Positions 1 through 8,857 of a stretch of DNA of 56,801 nt are shown here, in pieces. The position numbers and the translations under genes are program-made. The stretch comes from an uncultured Fimbriimonadaceae bacterium. GTDB taxonomy: Bacteria; Armatimonadota; UBA10988. The first letter of the stretch is position 1, and each line of letters opens with the position of its first letter. Location of the stretch: NCBI GenBank assembly GCA_964405335.1, contig CAYONP010000031.1:1-56801 (forward strand), read 5' to 3'. Below the pieces are notes generated by a model that saw nothing but the letters and a program-made list of their open reading frames with translations, had not been told where the DNA came from and ran no database searches.

Positions 1-120
1 CCGACCCCTCCCCCTGGCGCGGCGCCAGGGAGAGGGGAGTCAAGGCTGCGGGAGGCCGGCCCCGGCGGTGACTCCCCTCTCCCGCCGGCCGCCGGCGGGG
101 GAGGGGTTGGGGGTGGGGGT
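1..120. repeat. Two adjacent GC-rich REP-like palindromes with C/G-homopolymer-rich arms. The first is ccc-ctcccc-ctggcgc|ggcgccaggg-agagggga; the second is cccctctcccgccggc|cgccggcgggggagggg.
   Basis: Inverted repeats read directly in bases 5-38 and 74-106. They lie outside any convincing ORF. Confidence 0.4.
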
Positions 121-321
121 ACGGTACCCGCGGCCGCGTGACTTGGCCAGCACGCTGGACCGCCGGGTTCGAACGTCGGTCGACTGCCCATCCGTTCCGT
201 CATCCGGGTCCTGCTTGCGGTCGTTCGGCGCGACGGCTATCATGGGCCGTCCACAGCGCGGCGTAGTGTAGCAGCTTCGGCGAGCGGGTCCAAGCGGTGG
301 CCCGCCGGGAAGGTCTCTGGC

Positions 322-1431
322 ATGGCTGCTCACCGGATCGAACGGGTCGAGGTCCTGCCGGTCTCGCTGCCGGTGCGGAGCGAAGACGAGCCGGCCCGGC
401 GCGCGCAGCAGCACATCTTTCTGCGGGTCGAGACCAACCGCGGAGCGGTCGGCTGGGGCGAGGCTCGGGCCCTGCCGTCGTGGACCGGCGAGACGGCCGA
501 GAGCATCACCTCCAGCCTGCGCGATTACTTCGCCCCGGTCCTGCTGGGCGTCGATCCGTTCGCGCGCAACGCGGTCATGGCGGCGATGAACGAGATCGTC
601 ACCGGCGCGGTCTCGAACGGCATGCCGTCGGCCAAGGCGGCGGTCGACACGGCGTTGCACGATTTGCAGGGCCAGATTGCCGGCATCCCCATCCACGCCC
701 TGTTCGGCGGCCGGATCCGCGAGCGAGTCTATCTCAGCGCCAGCGTTCGCGCCGACACGCCCGAGACGATGCGCGAGGAGGCCGCGCAACATGCGGCCTG
801 CCGCTGCCTCAAGGTCAAGCTGACCGGCGATTCAGGGCTCGACGCCGAGCGCCTGGCCGCCTGCGAAGAGGCGGCGCCGAATGCCGAGATCTGGCTCGAC
901 GCCAACCAGCGCTACTCGCCCAGCAAGGCGCTGCGGCTGATCGAGCGGCTGCGCGATTCGAGCCGCGTCGCCTGCCTGCAACAGCCCGGCCCCAGCACGG
1001 ACTGGTTCGGCATGGCCCGCCTGCGCGACCGCTCGCCGCTGCCGATTGCCGTTGACGAGGGCTGCTTCCAGCCGCACGAGGTGCTGCGTCTGGCCAGCCT
1101 GGGCGTGGCCGACCTGGTGGTGCTGAAGCTGTGCAAGGCCGGCGGCCTGCGGCCGATGCTGAGCATTGCCGAGCTCGCCCGCCAGGCCGGCCTGGAGCTG
1201 CTCGGCAGCGGGCTCACCGAGTCGGGCATCGGCCTGGCCGCCGCGCTGCACGTCTACTGCACCCTCGATCTGCGGTTGCCGCCGCAGCTCAACGGCCCGC
1301 AGTTCCTGGATGAGCTGCTGGTGGAGGGACTCGAGATCAGCGGCACCGAGATCAAGGTGCCCAGCGGTCCCGGGCTGGGTGTGACGGTGAACGAGCCGCG
1401 GCTCCGCGCGCTGGCCGCGCTGGGTGAATGA
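322..1431 (+). CDS. Enolase-superfamily enzyme of the mandelate racemase / muconate lactonizing enzyme family. It could be a dipeptide epimerase or an o-succinylbenzoate synthase.
   Basis: 369-aa ORF with an ATG at 322. Its KxK motif (LKVKLTG), metal-ligand Asp/Glu spacing (WLDANQRY...) and overall MR/MLE layout match the family. Confidence 0.8.
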   Translation: MAAHRIERVEVLPVSLPVRSEDEPARRAQQHIFLRVETNRGAVGWGEARALPSWTGETAESITSSLRDYFAPVLLGVDPFARNAVMAAMNEIVTGAVSNGMPSAKAAVDTALHDLQGQIAGIPIHALFGGRIRERVYLSASVRADTPETMREEAAQHAACRCLKVKLTGDSGLDAERLAACEEAAPNAEIWLDANQRYSPSKALRLIERLRDSSRVACLQQPGPSTDWFGMARLRDRSPLPIAVDEGCFQPHEVLRLASLGVADLVVLKLCKAGGLRPMLSIAELARQAGLELLGSGLTESGIGLAAALHVYCTLDLRLPPQLNGPQFLDELLVEGLEISGTEIKVPSGPGLGVTVNEPRLRALAALGE

Positions 1432-1460
1432 CGAAGCCCGCGGCATGCCGCGGGCTGGTA

Positions 1461-1534
<74 letters not shown>

Positions 1535-1613
1535 GCAGTGGGTGCATTGTAGCAGAGCGGCCGGCGGCGTCAATCCCCGCCGGTGGCCGCAATCGGGCGA
1601 CGCACCGCATCGG

Positions 1614-3062
1614 CTACGTGCCGAACATGCCCGAGTAGCAGATGTGCCGCTGGCGCTGCCAGGTCCGCGGGCTCGAGGCGCCCTCGCCGGTGGGCGACGT
1701 GACCGTCATGGTCGCGAAGCCCTCACCCTCGTCGCCGGCCCAGGCGTAGCTGGGGCCGTTGATCACCTGCAGGTTGGTCCCGACGGCGGCGGTGAAGGCG
1801 GTGATCTGCTCGGTGTTGCGGGTGTGCAGGACGGCCGTGTGGGCGTAGCCGTGCTCGACCTGGACGGCGAGCTCGAGCCCCTCGTCGAAGTTGCGCACGC
1901 GGACCAGCGGCAGGAACGGCATCATCTGCTCGTGCTGCACGAGCGGGTGGTCGCCGTCGAACTCGCCGACAATCAGGAGCGGCTCGCCGCGGACGGCCAC
2001 GCCGGCGCGGCGGAGCAGCTCGGCGGCATCCTGGCCGATGCACTCTTTGACGTAGCCCTTGCCGTCCCAGACGGCGTTGAACACCCGCTCGGCCTCCATG
2101 CGGTTAAGCCACTGGCCGCGGTACTGCTCGAGCAGGCGCAAGAACTCGTCGGCGATCTTCTGGTGCGCGATGCCGACCTTCTCGGCGATGCAGGGCAGGT
2201 TGTTGTCGAAGCTGCCGCCCTTGACCGTCATGTCGGCCGCCCGCGCCAGGTCGGCCGATTCGTCGATCAGCACCGGCGGGTTGCCCGGCCCGGCGGCGAA
2301 GACCTTCTTCTTCGACTCGAACGCGGCCCGCACCACGCCCGACCCGCCGGTGGCGGCGATCACTTTGACCAGGTCCGAGTTCATGATCGCCTGCGCGGTG
2401 CGCAGGCTCGGCTCGCGTAGCGCGACCATCAGGTTGGCCGGTCCGCCGGCCTGCTCAATCGCGGCGTTCAGCTCGGACATCGCCTGCAGAGTGCAGTTCT
2501 TGGCGCCCGGGTGCGGGCAGAAGATGACCGTGTTGCCGGCGGCGATCATCGCCATGCCGTTGTTGATCACGGTGGCGGTGGGATTGGTGCTCGGGGTCAC
2601 CGCGCAGATCAGGCCCCACGGCATGCCGTCGATGATGTGCAGGCCGGCGTCGCCCTTGAACAGCCGCGGTTGCAGATCCTCGACGCCCGGCGTCAACTCG
2701 GCGGTCATGCGGTTCTTGACCACCTTGTCGGCCACCCGGCCCATGCCGGTGTCCTCGCGCGCCGCCTGCGCCCACGCTTCGGCTCGCTCAATCGACTTAG
2801 CGCGGATGATCGCGACGATCTTCTTGCGCAACTCGAGCCCGCCGCGGCGGAGCTGCTCGCCGGCGCGCTCGGCCGCCTCGATCGCCTCGTCGGCGCCGGC
2901 AAACAGCCCGCGCCCGTCGCTCGACAGGCTGACGCTACTCGCCCGGGGCGTGTCGGCCACCGGCCCGGTGCCGTCGTTCATCAGGCCGCGCACGACCCGC
3001 TCGACGATCTCGGTCACCCGCTGCTCATCCAACTCCATGCTCTGCCTCCCGGGCCGCATCAC
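1614..3062 (-). CDS. CoA-acylating aldehyde dehydrogenase of the PduP/EutE family. It carries an N-terminal amphipathic helix plus a Pro/Ser/Gly linker that resembles a bacterial-microcompartment encapsulation peptide.
   Basis: The motifs GNTVIFCPHPGAKNC...GGPANLMV...ATGGSGVV...AGPGNPPVLIDESADL...GGSFDNNLPCIAEK align closely with PduP/EutE. The N-terminus (LDEQRVTEIVERVVRGLM followed by a GTGPVADTPRASSVSLSS linker) precedes the catalytic domain. The start is ambiguous between GTG at 3062, ATG at 3059 and ATG at 3038. Confidence 0.85.
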   Translation of the reverse strand: MMRPGRQSMELDEQRVTEIVERVVRGLMNDGTGPVADTPRASSVSLSSDGRGLFAGADEAIEAAERAGEQLRRGGLELRKKIVAIIRAKSIERAEAWAQAAREDTGMGRVADKVVKNRMTAELTPGVEDLQPRLFKGDAGLHIIDGMPWGLICAVTPSTNPTATVINNGMAMIAAGNTVIFCPHPGAKNCTLQAMSELNAAIEQAGGPANLMVALREPSLRTAQAIMNSDLVKVIAATGGSGVVRAAFESKKKVFAAGPGNPPVLIDESADLARAADMTVKGGSFDNNLPCIAEKVGIAHQKIADEFLRLLEQYRGQWLNRMEAERVFNAVWDGKGYVKECIGQDAAELLRRAGVAVRGEPLLIVGEFDGDHPLVQHEQMMPFLPLVRVRNFDEGLELAVQVEHGYAHTAVLHTRNTEQITAFTAAVGTNLQVINGPSYAWAGDEGEGFATMTVTSPTGEGASSPRTWQRQRHICYSGMFGT

Positions 3063-4176
3063 GCAGGCGCGCCAGAATCTGTTCGGGCGGCGTTTCGGCG
3101 CTGGTCATCGCCTCGCCGAGCCGCCGCAGAAGCGTCAGGCGGAGTCTTCCGCCAGAGACCTTCTTATCCCTCCACATCGCCGCGTAGACCGCCTCCGGAT
3201 CGGCGCCGCGCGGCCAACGTGTCGGCAAGCCGGCGGCACTGAGCAGCGCCTCGATCCGCTCGGCGACCGGTGCATCAATGTCGCCACGCGCGGTACCCAG
3301 CCGCGCGGCGAGCACCATCCCGATGCTCACCGCCTCGCCGTGATTGAGCACGCCGTAGCCACACACCTGCTCCAGCGCGTGGCCGAAGGTGTGGCCGTAG
3401 TTGAGCCACATCCGCTGCTCGGTCTCCGTCTCGTCGACCTGCACCACCCAGCCCTTCAACTCGCAGCTCCGCTGCACAGCGTGGATGATCAGGTCATCGT
3501 CGAGCCGGACGCCGTCGGTCAGCTCAAAGGCCCCGCCGCCGCCCGGGCGAAGCTCCTGCTCGAGCCGCTCGAACAGCGCCGCGTCGAGGATGCAGCCGTG
3601 CTTGATCACCTCCGCCATGCCGCAGCGCAGCTCGCGCGGCGGCACGGTGGCCAGGGTGTCCACGTCGGCCAGCACCAGGCTCGGTTGCCAGAAGGCACCG
3701 ATCAGGTTTTTGCCCAGCGCGCTGTTGACCCCGGTTTTGCCGCCGACGCTCGAATCGACCATCGCGGCCAGATTGGTCGGCACCTGGACGAACCGCACGC
3801 CGCGGTAGAGCAGCGCCGCGGCCAGGCCGGCCAGGTCGCCGATCACGCCGCCGCCGAGGGCGATCACCGTGCCGCGGCGGTCGAGCCCCGCGCGGATAGC
3901 GGCGTCGCAGACGGCCTCGACAGTGCTCAGCCGCTTGGCCGCCTCGCCCGGCACGACGTGTTCGATGACACCGGCGATGCCGGACGACTCTAAGCTCTCG
4001 AGCACCCGCGCGCCATAATGGTCGGAAATCGCCGGATTGGTGACTACGATGGCCTTATCGCCGGCGCCGGCGTCGCGCATCAGCCGGCCCAGGTCACGGA
4101 GCAGTCCGCGGCCGATATGGATAGGGTAGGAGCGGTCGCCGAGCTCGACCGTGACGGTGGCGAGGGGCGTGTTCAT
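3025..4176 (-). CDS. aroB: 3-dehydroquinate synthase.
   Basis: The conserved stretch GGGVIGDLAGLAA...RGVRFVQVPT...VDSSVGGKTGVN..LGKNLIGAFWQP...AEVIKHG...NYGHTFGHALE aligns along the whole length with AroB. The gene overlaps the 5' end of the aldehyde dehydrogenase gene by 14-38 nt. Confidence 0.9.
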   Translation of the reverse strand: MNTPLATVTVELGDRSYPIHIGRGLLRDLGRLMRDAGAGDKAIVVTNPAISDHYGARVLESLESSGIAGVIEHVVPGEAAKRLSTVEAVCDAAIRAGLDRRGTVIALGGGVIGDLAGLAAALLYRGVRFVQVPTNLAAMVDSSVGGKTGVNSALGKNLIGAFWQPSLVLADVDTLATVPPRELRCGMAEVIKHGCILDAALFERLEQELRPGGGGAFELTDGVRLDDDLIIHAVQRSCELKGWVVQVDETETEQRMWLNYGHTFGHALEQVCGYGVLNHGEAVSIGMVLAARLGTARGDIDAPVAERIEALLSAAGLPTRWPRGADPEAVYAAMWRDKKVSGGRLRLTLLRRLGEAMTSAETPPEQILARLRDAAREAEHGVG

Positions 4177-4263
4177 CAGCAGGCGGAGTATAGCACGGGG
4201 CGCCGGGCGTTACAACGGACAAGCGGTCGGCCGACCGCCGCGGACAACGGACGGGAGCGCGTG

Positions 4264-5352
4264 ATGGCAGACGAAAACGGTGAGGCCTACCCGCTGATCT
4301 GGAAAGAGCTCTACGGGCGGTACAAAGAGCTGATCGAGGTCAACAAGCGATTCGCCACCGATGTGCGGGTGGTCGTCGTCGGCCAGTCCGATGCCGGGCC
4401 GCACGAGGTCTACAGCGCGCTGTTTGGCGAGCCGGTGGCCGCCGCCGAACACAACGACTGGCAGGTCGCCGCGACGTTCCGCCTCGACCAGGTCCCCGGC
4501 CACGGCGTGGTCGGCGGCGACGGGCCCGAGGAGCAGGCCCTGGCGCTGCTGCGCGAGGCCGATGCAGTGGTGCTGGCAACGGTTTGGCAGCGGCGGCCGA
4601 CCGAGGTCGAGCGCGGACTGTGGAGCCATGCCGAGCGGCTGAAGAGGGTCCGCCTGGTCGTCGCGGTGGGCGACGAGGCGCCGCGCGACCGCGACTCGGA
4701 GGCCTGGCGGGTGTGGGAACTCGAGCTCTGCCGGCAGCTCAACGAGCCGGGCCTGACCGCTCTGCCGCTGGCCGCGCGCCGGTCGCGCCACCTGGTCGAC
4801 GTGGCCAAGCAGCTCAACGACAAGCTCGAGGCCAAGTTCCGGCTCAGCTTCGCGGCCAAGCTCCGGCACGCCGCCGGCCGCGACGCGCTGGTGCAGAAGA
4901 TGATCCACGAGCTGGCCCGGGTCGCCGGCTTCCTCGGCCTCAACCCGATCCCGTTCAGTGACGCGGTGGCCATCACGCCGGTGCAGGTGCTGCTCGTCTG
5001 CCGCATCGCCGCGGCGTTCGGCCGCAACGTCGAGGTCGGCTGGGCACGCGAGTTCCTGGCCACCTGCGGCGTGGTGACCGCCAGCGGGCTCGGCTTCCGC
5101 CAGCTCTTCCGCATCTTGCTCCGCGGCCTGGGGACGCCGGCGCTGCCGATCAAGATGGCGCTCGGCGGCGCGATGGCCTTCGCCGGCACCGAGCTGGTCG
5201 GCCAGGCGGCGCGGCTCTACTTCGCCGCCGACGGCAAACTGACCATTCAGGAGGCGGCCGACCGCGCCAAGGCGGTGGTCAAGGAATGGGGCACGGCGGC
5301 CGACCTGCGCGGCGACGAGGACGACGACCTGGCCGAGGCGGCCGACGAGTGA
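4264..5352 (+). CDS. Hypothetical protein with a degenerate GTPase-like N-terminal domain and a DUF697-like C-terminal membrane-associated domain.
   Basis: An internal ATG at 4264 (MADENGEAYPLIW...) lies inside the 4018 ORF. The C-terminal region GFLGLNPIPFSDAVAITPVQVLLVCRIAAAFG...LGGAMAFAGTELVGQAARLYF is typical of DUF697 (YcjF-like) proteins. Confidence 0.55.
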   Translation: MADENGEAYPLIWKELYGRYKELIEVNKRFATDVRVVVVGQSDAGPHEVYSALFGEPVAAAEHNDWQVAATFRLDQVPGHGVVGGDGPEEQALALLREADAVVLATVWQRRPTEVERGLWSHAERLKRVRLVVAVGDEAPRDRDSEAWRVWELELCRQLNEPGLTALPLAARRSRHLVDVAKQLNDKLEAKFRLSFAAKLRHAAGRDALVQKMIHELARVAGFLGLNPIPFSDAVAITPVQVLLVCRIAAAFGRNVEVGWAREFLATCGVVTASGLGFRQLFRILLRGLGTPALPIKMALGGAMAFAGTELVGQAARLYFAADGKLTIQEAADRAKAVVKEWGTAADLRGDEDDDLAEAADE

Positions 5353-5358
5353 AGCGGA

Positions 5359-5431
5359 CGTCCTAGGCAGGAATTGAACCTGCGACCTCGTGCTCCGCAG
5401 GCACGCGCTCTATCCCCTGAGCTACTAGGAC
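5359..5431 (-). tRNA. tRNA-Arg. The anticodon reads GCG as written; this should be verified.
   Basis: The reverse complement gives a 73-nt cloverleaf. The acceptor stem is GTCCTAG/CTAGGAC, the D-arm is GCTC-AGGGGATA-GAGC, the anticodon stem is CGTGC/GCACG with loop CTGCGGA, and the T-arm is GCAGG-TTCAATT-CCTGC with discriminator G. Confidence 0.75.
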
Positions 5432-5549
5432 AGGTAGGCGTATCCTACCGCATCGCCGGACGAGCGTCAACCGTGGGTGCGCGTCGGGCGCAGCTTCCGG
5501 GCTGGTGGCCACGTCGCGGACCCGCCTTGAAATGCGGGTCTGACAACGC

Positions 5550-5607
5550 AAAACCCGCCCTTGGGGCGGGTTTCGTCCCCGGAGCCACGGGTTTTAACCC
5601 GTGGCTT
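5550..5607 (-). terminator. Compound intrinsic-terminator-like pair of hairpins downstream of nuoN.
   Basis: One hairpin is aaacccgccc-ttgg-ggcgggttt at 5550-5574; on the minus-strand RNA it is followed by UUUUGCGUUG. The other is agccacggg-tttta-cccgtggct at 5583-5606. Both lie 26-83 nt after the nuoN stop at 5633. Confidence 0.45.
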
Positions 5608-5632
5608 CGCCGCATCCGCCGTAGACCCTCGG

Positions 5633-7153
5633 CTACGACCCCGCAAACACCGCCATCGGCACCTCGGCGATGTCGACCAGCAGGCCGAACTGGATGCCGG
5701 TCAGCACCGTCGCCACGGCGCAGATGCCGACCACCGCCGCGGCGAAGATGGCCGGCCGCGGAATGAGCGGCCGCTTCGCCGGCTGCAGGTACATGACCCG
5801 GATCACATTGACGTAGTAGAAAGCCGAGATGACGCTGTTGATCACAATCATCAGGCCGAGCCACCACTGACCCGCGGTGGCCACCGAGGCCTTGAGCAGG
5901 AACAGCTTGCCGATGAACCCGCCGGTCGGCGGAATGCCGGTCAGGCCGATCATGAAGAAGACCATGCCGGCGGCAATCAGCGGCGCTTGCATGGCCAGGC
6001 CGGCATAGTCCTCGATCTGATTGCTGCCCGAGTGGCGCTCGAACCAGACGGCGACGGCGAAGGCGCCGATGGTCATGAACAGGTAGGCCGCCAGGTAGAT
6101 CAGCATCGCCTGCGCGCCGTCGAAGTGCGGCACGGCGCGGCCGGTGGCCAGCTCGGCCCAGTTGGCCGCCACACCGACCAGCAGATAGCCCGCGTGAGCC
6201 ACCGAGCTGTAGCCGAGCATGCGCTTGATGTTGCTCTGCAGCAGCGCCAGCAGGTTGCCGGTGAACATCGTCACCACGGCAATGATGCCGACCAGTGCGC
6301 GCCAGTCGAGCAGCGAGTTCGGCTCGAACCCGGCGACGCCCAGCCCGAGCAGCAATACGCGCGCCAGGGCGGCGAAGGCGGCCGCCTTCGAGGCGACGGC
6401 AAGGAACGCGGCCACCGGCGTCGGCGAGCCCTCGTAGACGTCGGGCGCCCACTGGTGGAACGGCGCCGCGGCGACCTTGAACCCCAGCCCGGCCAGGGCG
6501 AGCAGCACCGCGGTCAGTTTCAGCGTCTCGTTGCCGGCCGAGCTGTAGACCGTCGCGATCTCGCTCAGCCGGGTCGAGCCCGAGATGCCGTAGAGCAGGG
6601 AGAAGCCGTAGAGCATCACCGCCGAGGCGACGGCGCCGTAGATCAGGTACTTGAGGCTGGCCTCGGCCGAGCGCTTGATCTCCCCCTCGCTCCGCTTGTC
6701 GCGGCCGAGGATGAAGCCGGCTAGGATGTAGCTGGTGATGGACAGGAACTCGACCCCGAGGTAGACCAGGATCAGGTCGTTGGCCCCGGCCAGGATGACC
6801 GTCGCCAGCACGCCGAAGACGATCAGGGTGAAGTAGACCCCGCGGTCGATTCGCAGGTGCTCGAGGTAGTCGAAGCTGAGCAGGACCACCAGCACGCCGG
6901 TGATGATGGCGATCAGCCGGAAGAAGAGGTGGAACGAGTCGATCCGGTAGACCCCGCCGAACAGCTCCTGCGCGCCGCCGCCGAACAGGCCCGTGGCGGG
7001 CAGCAGGCAGAGAAGAAGGCCGGCGAACGCGAGATAGCCGAGGCTCGCCTTGCGCCGCTCGTCGCGGATGACGATGTCGACCATGAGCATCAGCAGGCCG
7101 AGCCCGCAGAGACTCAGCTCGGTCGCCAGCCCGCCGAACGGAAAGCTGTTCAC
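5633..7153 (-). CDS. nuoN: NADH-quinone oxidoreductase subunit N.
   Basis: 506-aa polytopic membrane protein with the NuoN/ND2 antiporter-like fold. It lies at the end of the nuo operon. Confidence 0.9.
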   Translation of the reverse strand: MNSFPFGGLATELSLCGLGLLMLMVDIVIRDERRKASLGYLAFAGLLLCLLPATGLFGGGAQELFGGVYRIDSFHLFFRLIAIITGVLVVLLSFDYLEHLRIDRGVYFTLIVFGVLATVILAGANDLILVYLGVEFLSITSYILAGFILGRDKRSEGEIKRSAEASLKYLIYGAVASAVMLYGFSLLYGISGSTRLSEIATVYSSAGNETLKLTAVLLALAGLGFKVAAAPFHQWAPDVYEGSPTPVAAFLAVASKAAAFAALARVLLLGLGVAGFEPNSLLDWRALVGIIAVVTMFTGNLLALLQSNIKRMLGYSSVAHAGYLLVGVAANWAELATGRAVPHFDGAQAMLIYLAAYLFMTIGAFAVAVWFERHSGSNQIEDYAGLAMQAPLIAAGMVFFMIGLTGIPPTGGFIGKLFLLKASVATAGQWWLGLMIVINSVISAFYYVNVIRVMYLQPAKRPLIPRPAIFAAAVVGICAVATVLTGIQFGLLVDIAEVPMAVFAGS

Positions 7154-7162
7154 CTCGCGCTC

Positions 7163-8830
7163 CTAGAAGTTCAGCGACGCCAGCAGGTGCCGGGTGTAGT
7201 TGTTGATCATGTCCAGCACCATCGGCCCCGGCACGATACCAATCAGCACGGTGAGCAGCGCCAGCGGCACGAGGCTGATCATCTCGTGCGTGTTCATGTC
7301 GGTCAGCTTGCCGTCGTGGCAGTGCTCGAGCAACGACTCCTTCACCGGCCCGAGCAGGATGCGCTGCATCATCCACAGGAAGTAGGCCGCGGTGATGATC
7401 ACCCCGAGGATCGAGAAGCAGGTGAGCTTGAGCAGCGCCGAGCCGCCGTCGAGCCCCAGCGCGTTGGCCGACAGCCCCGTGCCGATGCAGCCAACGAAGA
7501 CATGGAACTCGGCCACGAACCCGGCCAGCGCCGGCAGGCCCAGCGAGCCGAAGCAGAGCAGCATCAAGATGCCGGCATACTGCGGCACCAGTTTGGCGAT
7601 GCCGCCGTAGTCGTCGATCATCCGCGTGTGCGTCCGCTCGTAGATCACCCCGACCATGAAGAACAGCCCGGCGGTGATGATCCCGTGGCAGACCATCTGC
7701 AGGATGGCGCCGTTGACCGCCATCGCCGCCCGGTCGGCCAGCGGCCCGCCCTGCTGCAACTGGCTGGCGACCATCATCGCCCCGCCGAGCCCGAGCATGA
7801 CGTAACCCATGTGGTTGACCGACGAGTAGGCGACCAGCTTCTTCAGGTCCTGCTGCGCCATCGCCACCAGCGCGCCATAGACAATCGCGATGGCGGCGAG
7901 GATGACGATGAACAGGCCGTAGGCTTCGCACTGCTGCGGTAGCAGCGGCATGAGGATGCGGACGAAGCCATAGGTGCCGAGCTTGAGCAGCACGCCGGCC
8001 AGGATGACCGAGCCTCCGGTCGGCGCTTCGACGTGCGCGTCGGGCAGCCAGGTGTGGAACGGCCACATCGGCACCTTGATGGCAAAGCCGAGGAAGATGC
8101 CCCAGAAGCAGAGCGACGGGACCAGCGCGCCGGCGGCGAACAGGCGCGCCAGCGGCTGCTGCTCGGCCAGCCGCAGAATGCTGAAGGTCGGCTCGCCCGC
8201 CTGGCCGCTGTAGTAGTAGATGGCCAGAATGGAGAGCAACATGCAGAGACTGCCGGCGAGGGTGTAGAGGAAGAACTTGATTGCCGCGTACTCACGCCGC
8301 GGCCCGCCCCAGATGCCGATCAGGAAGTACATCGGCACCAGGCCGATCTCGAAGAAGACATAGAACAGGAACAGATCGAGCGAGACGAAGACGCCGAGCA
8401 TCGCCGTCTCGAGCAGCAGGAAGAAGGCGAAGTACCACTTCACCCGGTCCTTGATGCTGTTCCACGAGTAGACGATGACCAGCACCATCAGGATGGTGGT
8501 CAGCAGGATCAGCGGCAGGCTCAGGCCGTCGACGCCGACTTCGTAGTGGATGTCGACCTGCGGGATCCAGGGGATCCGCTCGCCGAACGGCGGCTGCCAC
8601 GGATAGTCGGCGTTGACCGCCTCACCGACGGGGACGTAGTCGATCTGCTGCGCATCGAGCGCCAGGCCCTCGAAGCGCACGAACAGCGAGGCCGAGAGGA
8701 GGAAGGTGAGCAGGCAGGTGATCAGGCTGACCCACTTGATCTCCCGCTCCTTCTCTTTCGGGATGACCATAACCACCAGCATCCCGAGCAGCGGGAGGAA
8801 GGTCATCGAGCTGAGTATCCCCGGCATCAC
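7163..8830 (-). CDS. nuoM: NADH-quinone oxidoreductase subunit M.
   Basis: 555 aa. The conserved FFEIGLVPMYFLIGIWGG and HTWLPDAHVEAPT motifs are those of NuoM/ND4. Confidence 0.9.
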   Translation of the reverse strand: MMPGILSSMTFLPLLGMLVVMVIPKEKEREIKWVSLITCLLTFLLSASLFVRFEGLALDAQQIDYVPVGEAVNADYPWQPPFGERIPWIPQVDIHYEVGVDGLSLPLILLTTILMVLVIVYSWNSIKDRVKWYFAFFLLLETAMLGVFVSLDLFLFYVFFEIGLVPMYFLIGIWGGPRREYAAIKFFLYTLAGSLCMLLSILAIYYYSGQAGEPTFSILRLAEQQPLARLFAAGALVPSLCFWGIFLGFAIKVPMWPFHTWLPDAHVEAPTGGSVILAGVLLKLGTYGFVRILMPLLPQQCEAYGLFIVILAAIAIVYGALVAMAQQDLKKLVAYSSVNHMGYVMLGLGGAMMVASQLQQGGPLADRAAMAVNGAILQMVCHGIITAGLFFMVGVIYERTHTRMIDDYGGIAKLVPQYAGILMLLCFGSLGLPALAGFVAEFHVFVGCIGTGLSANALGLDGGSALLKLTCFSILGVIITAAYFLWMMQRILLGPVKESLLEHCHDGKLTDMNTHEMISLVPLALLTVLIGIVPGPMVLDMINNYTRHLLASLNF

Positions 8831-8857
8831 GCGCTCTCCCTCGCTTCGCTCACCACG

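Noticed and set aside
40-792. A 250-aa minus-strand ORF at the window start.
   Set aside because: It is antisense to the enolase-superfamily gene and runs into the REP-like palindromes. Its composition is low-complexity with no homology signal.
2059-3993. A 644-aa plus-strand ORF. Similar long ORFs occur at 5445-8066 (-), 9020-11101 (+), 11407-13449 (+), 13304-14782 (+), 14944-16377 (+), 17686-19488 (-), 19748-21034 (-), 21695-23134 (-), 23141-25444 (+), 26113-27855 (+), 35624-38440 (+), 44435-46156 (-), 51929-53875 (+) and 53719-54999 (+).
   Set aside because: All lie antisense to, or out of frame over, genes with clear homology. They are Arg/Pro/Ala/Gly-rich low-complexity translations, as expected from stop-codon depletion at ~70% GC, and none has a recognisable family.
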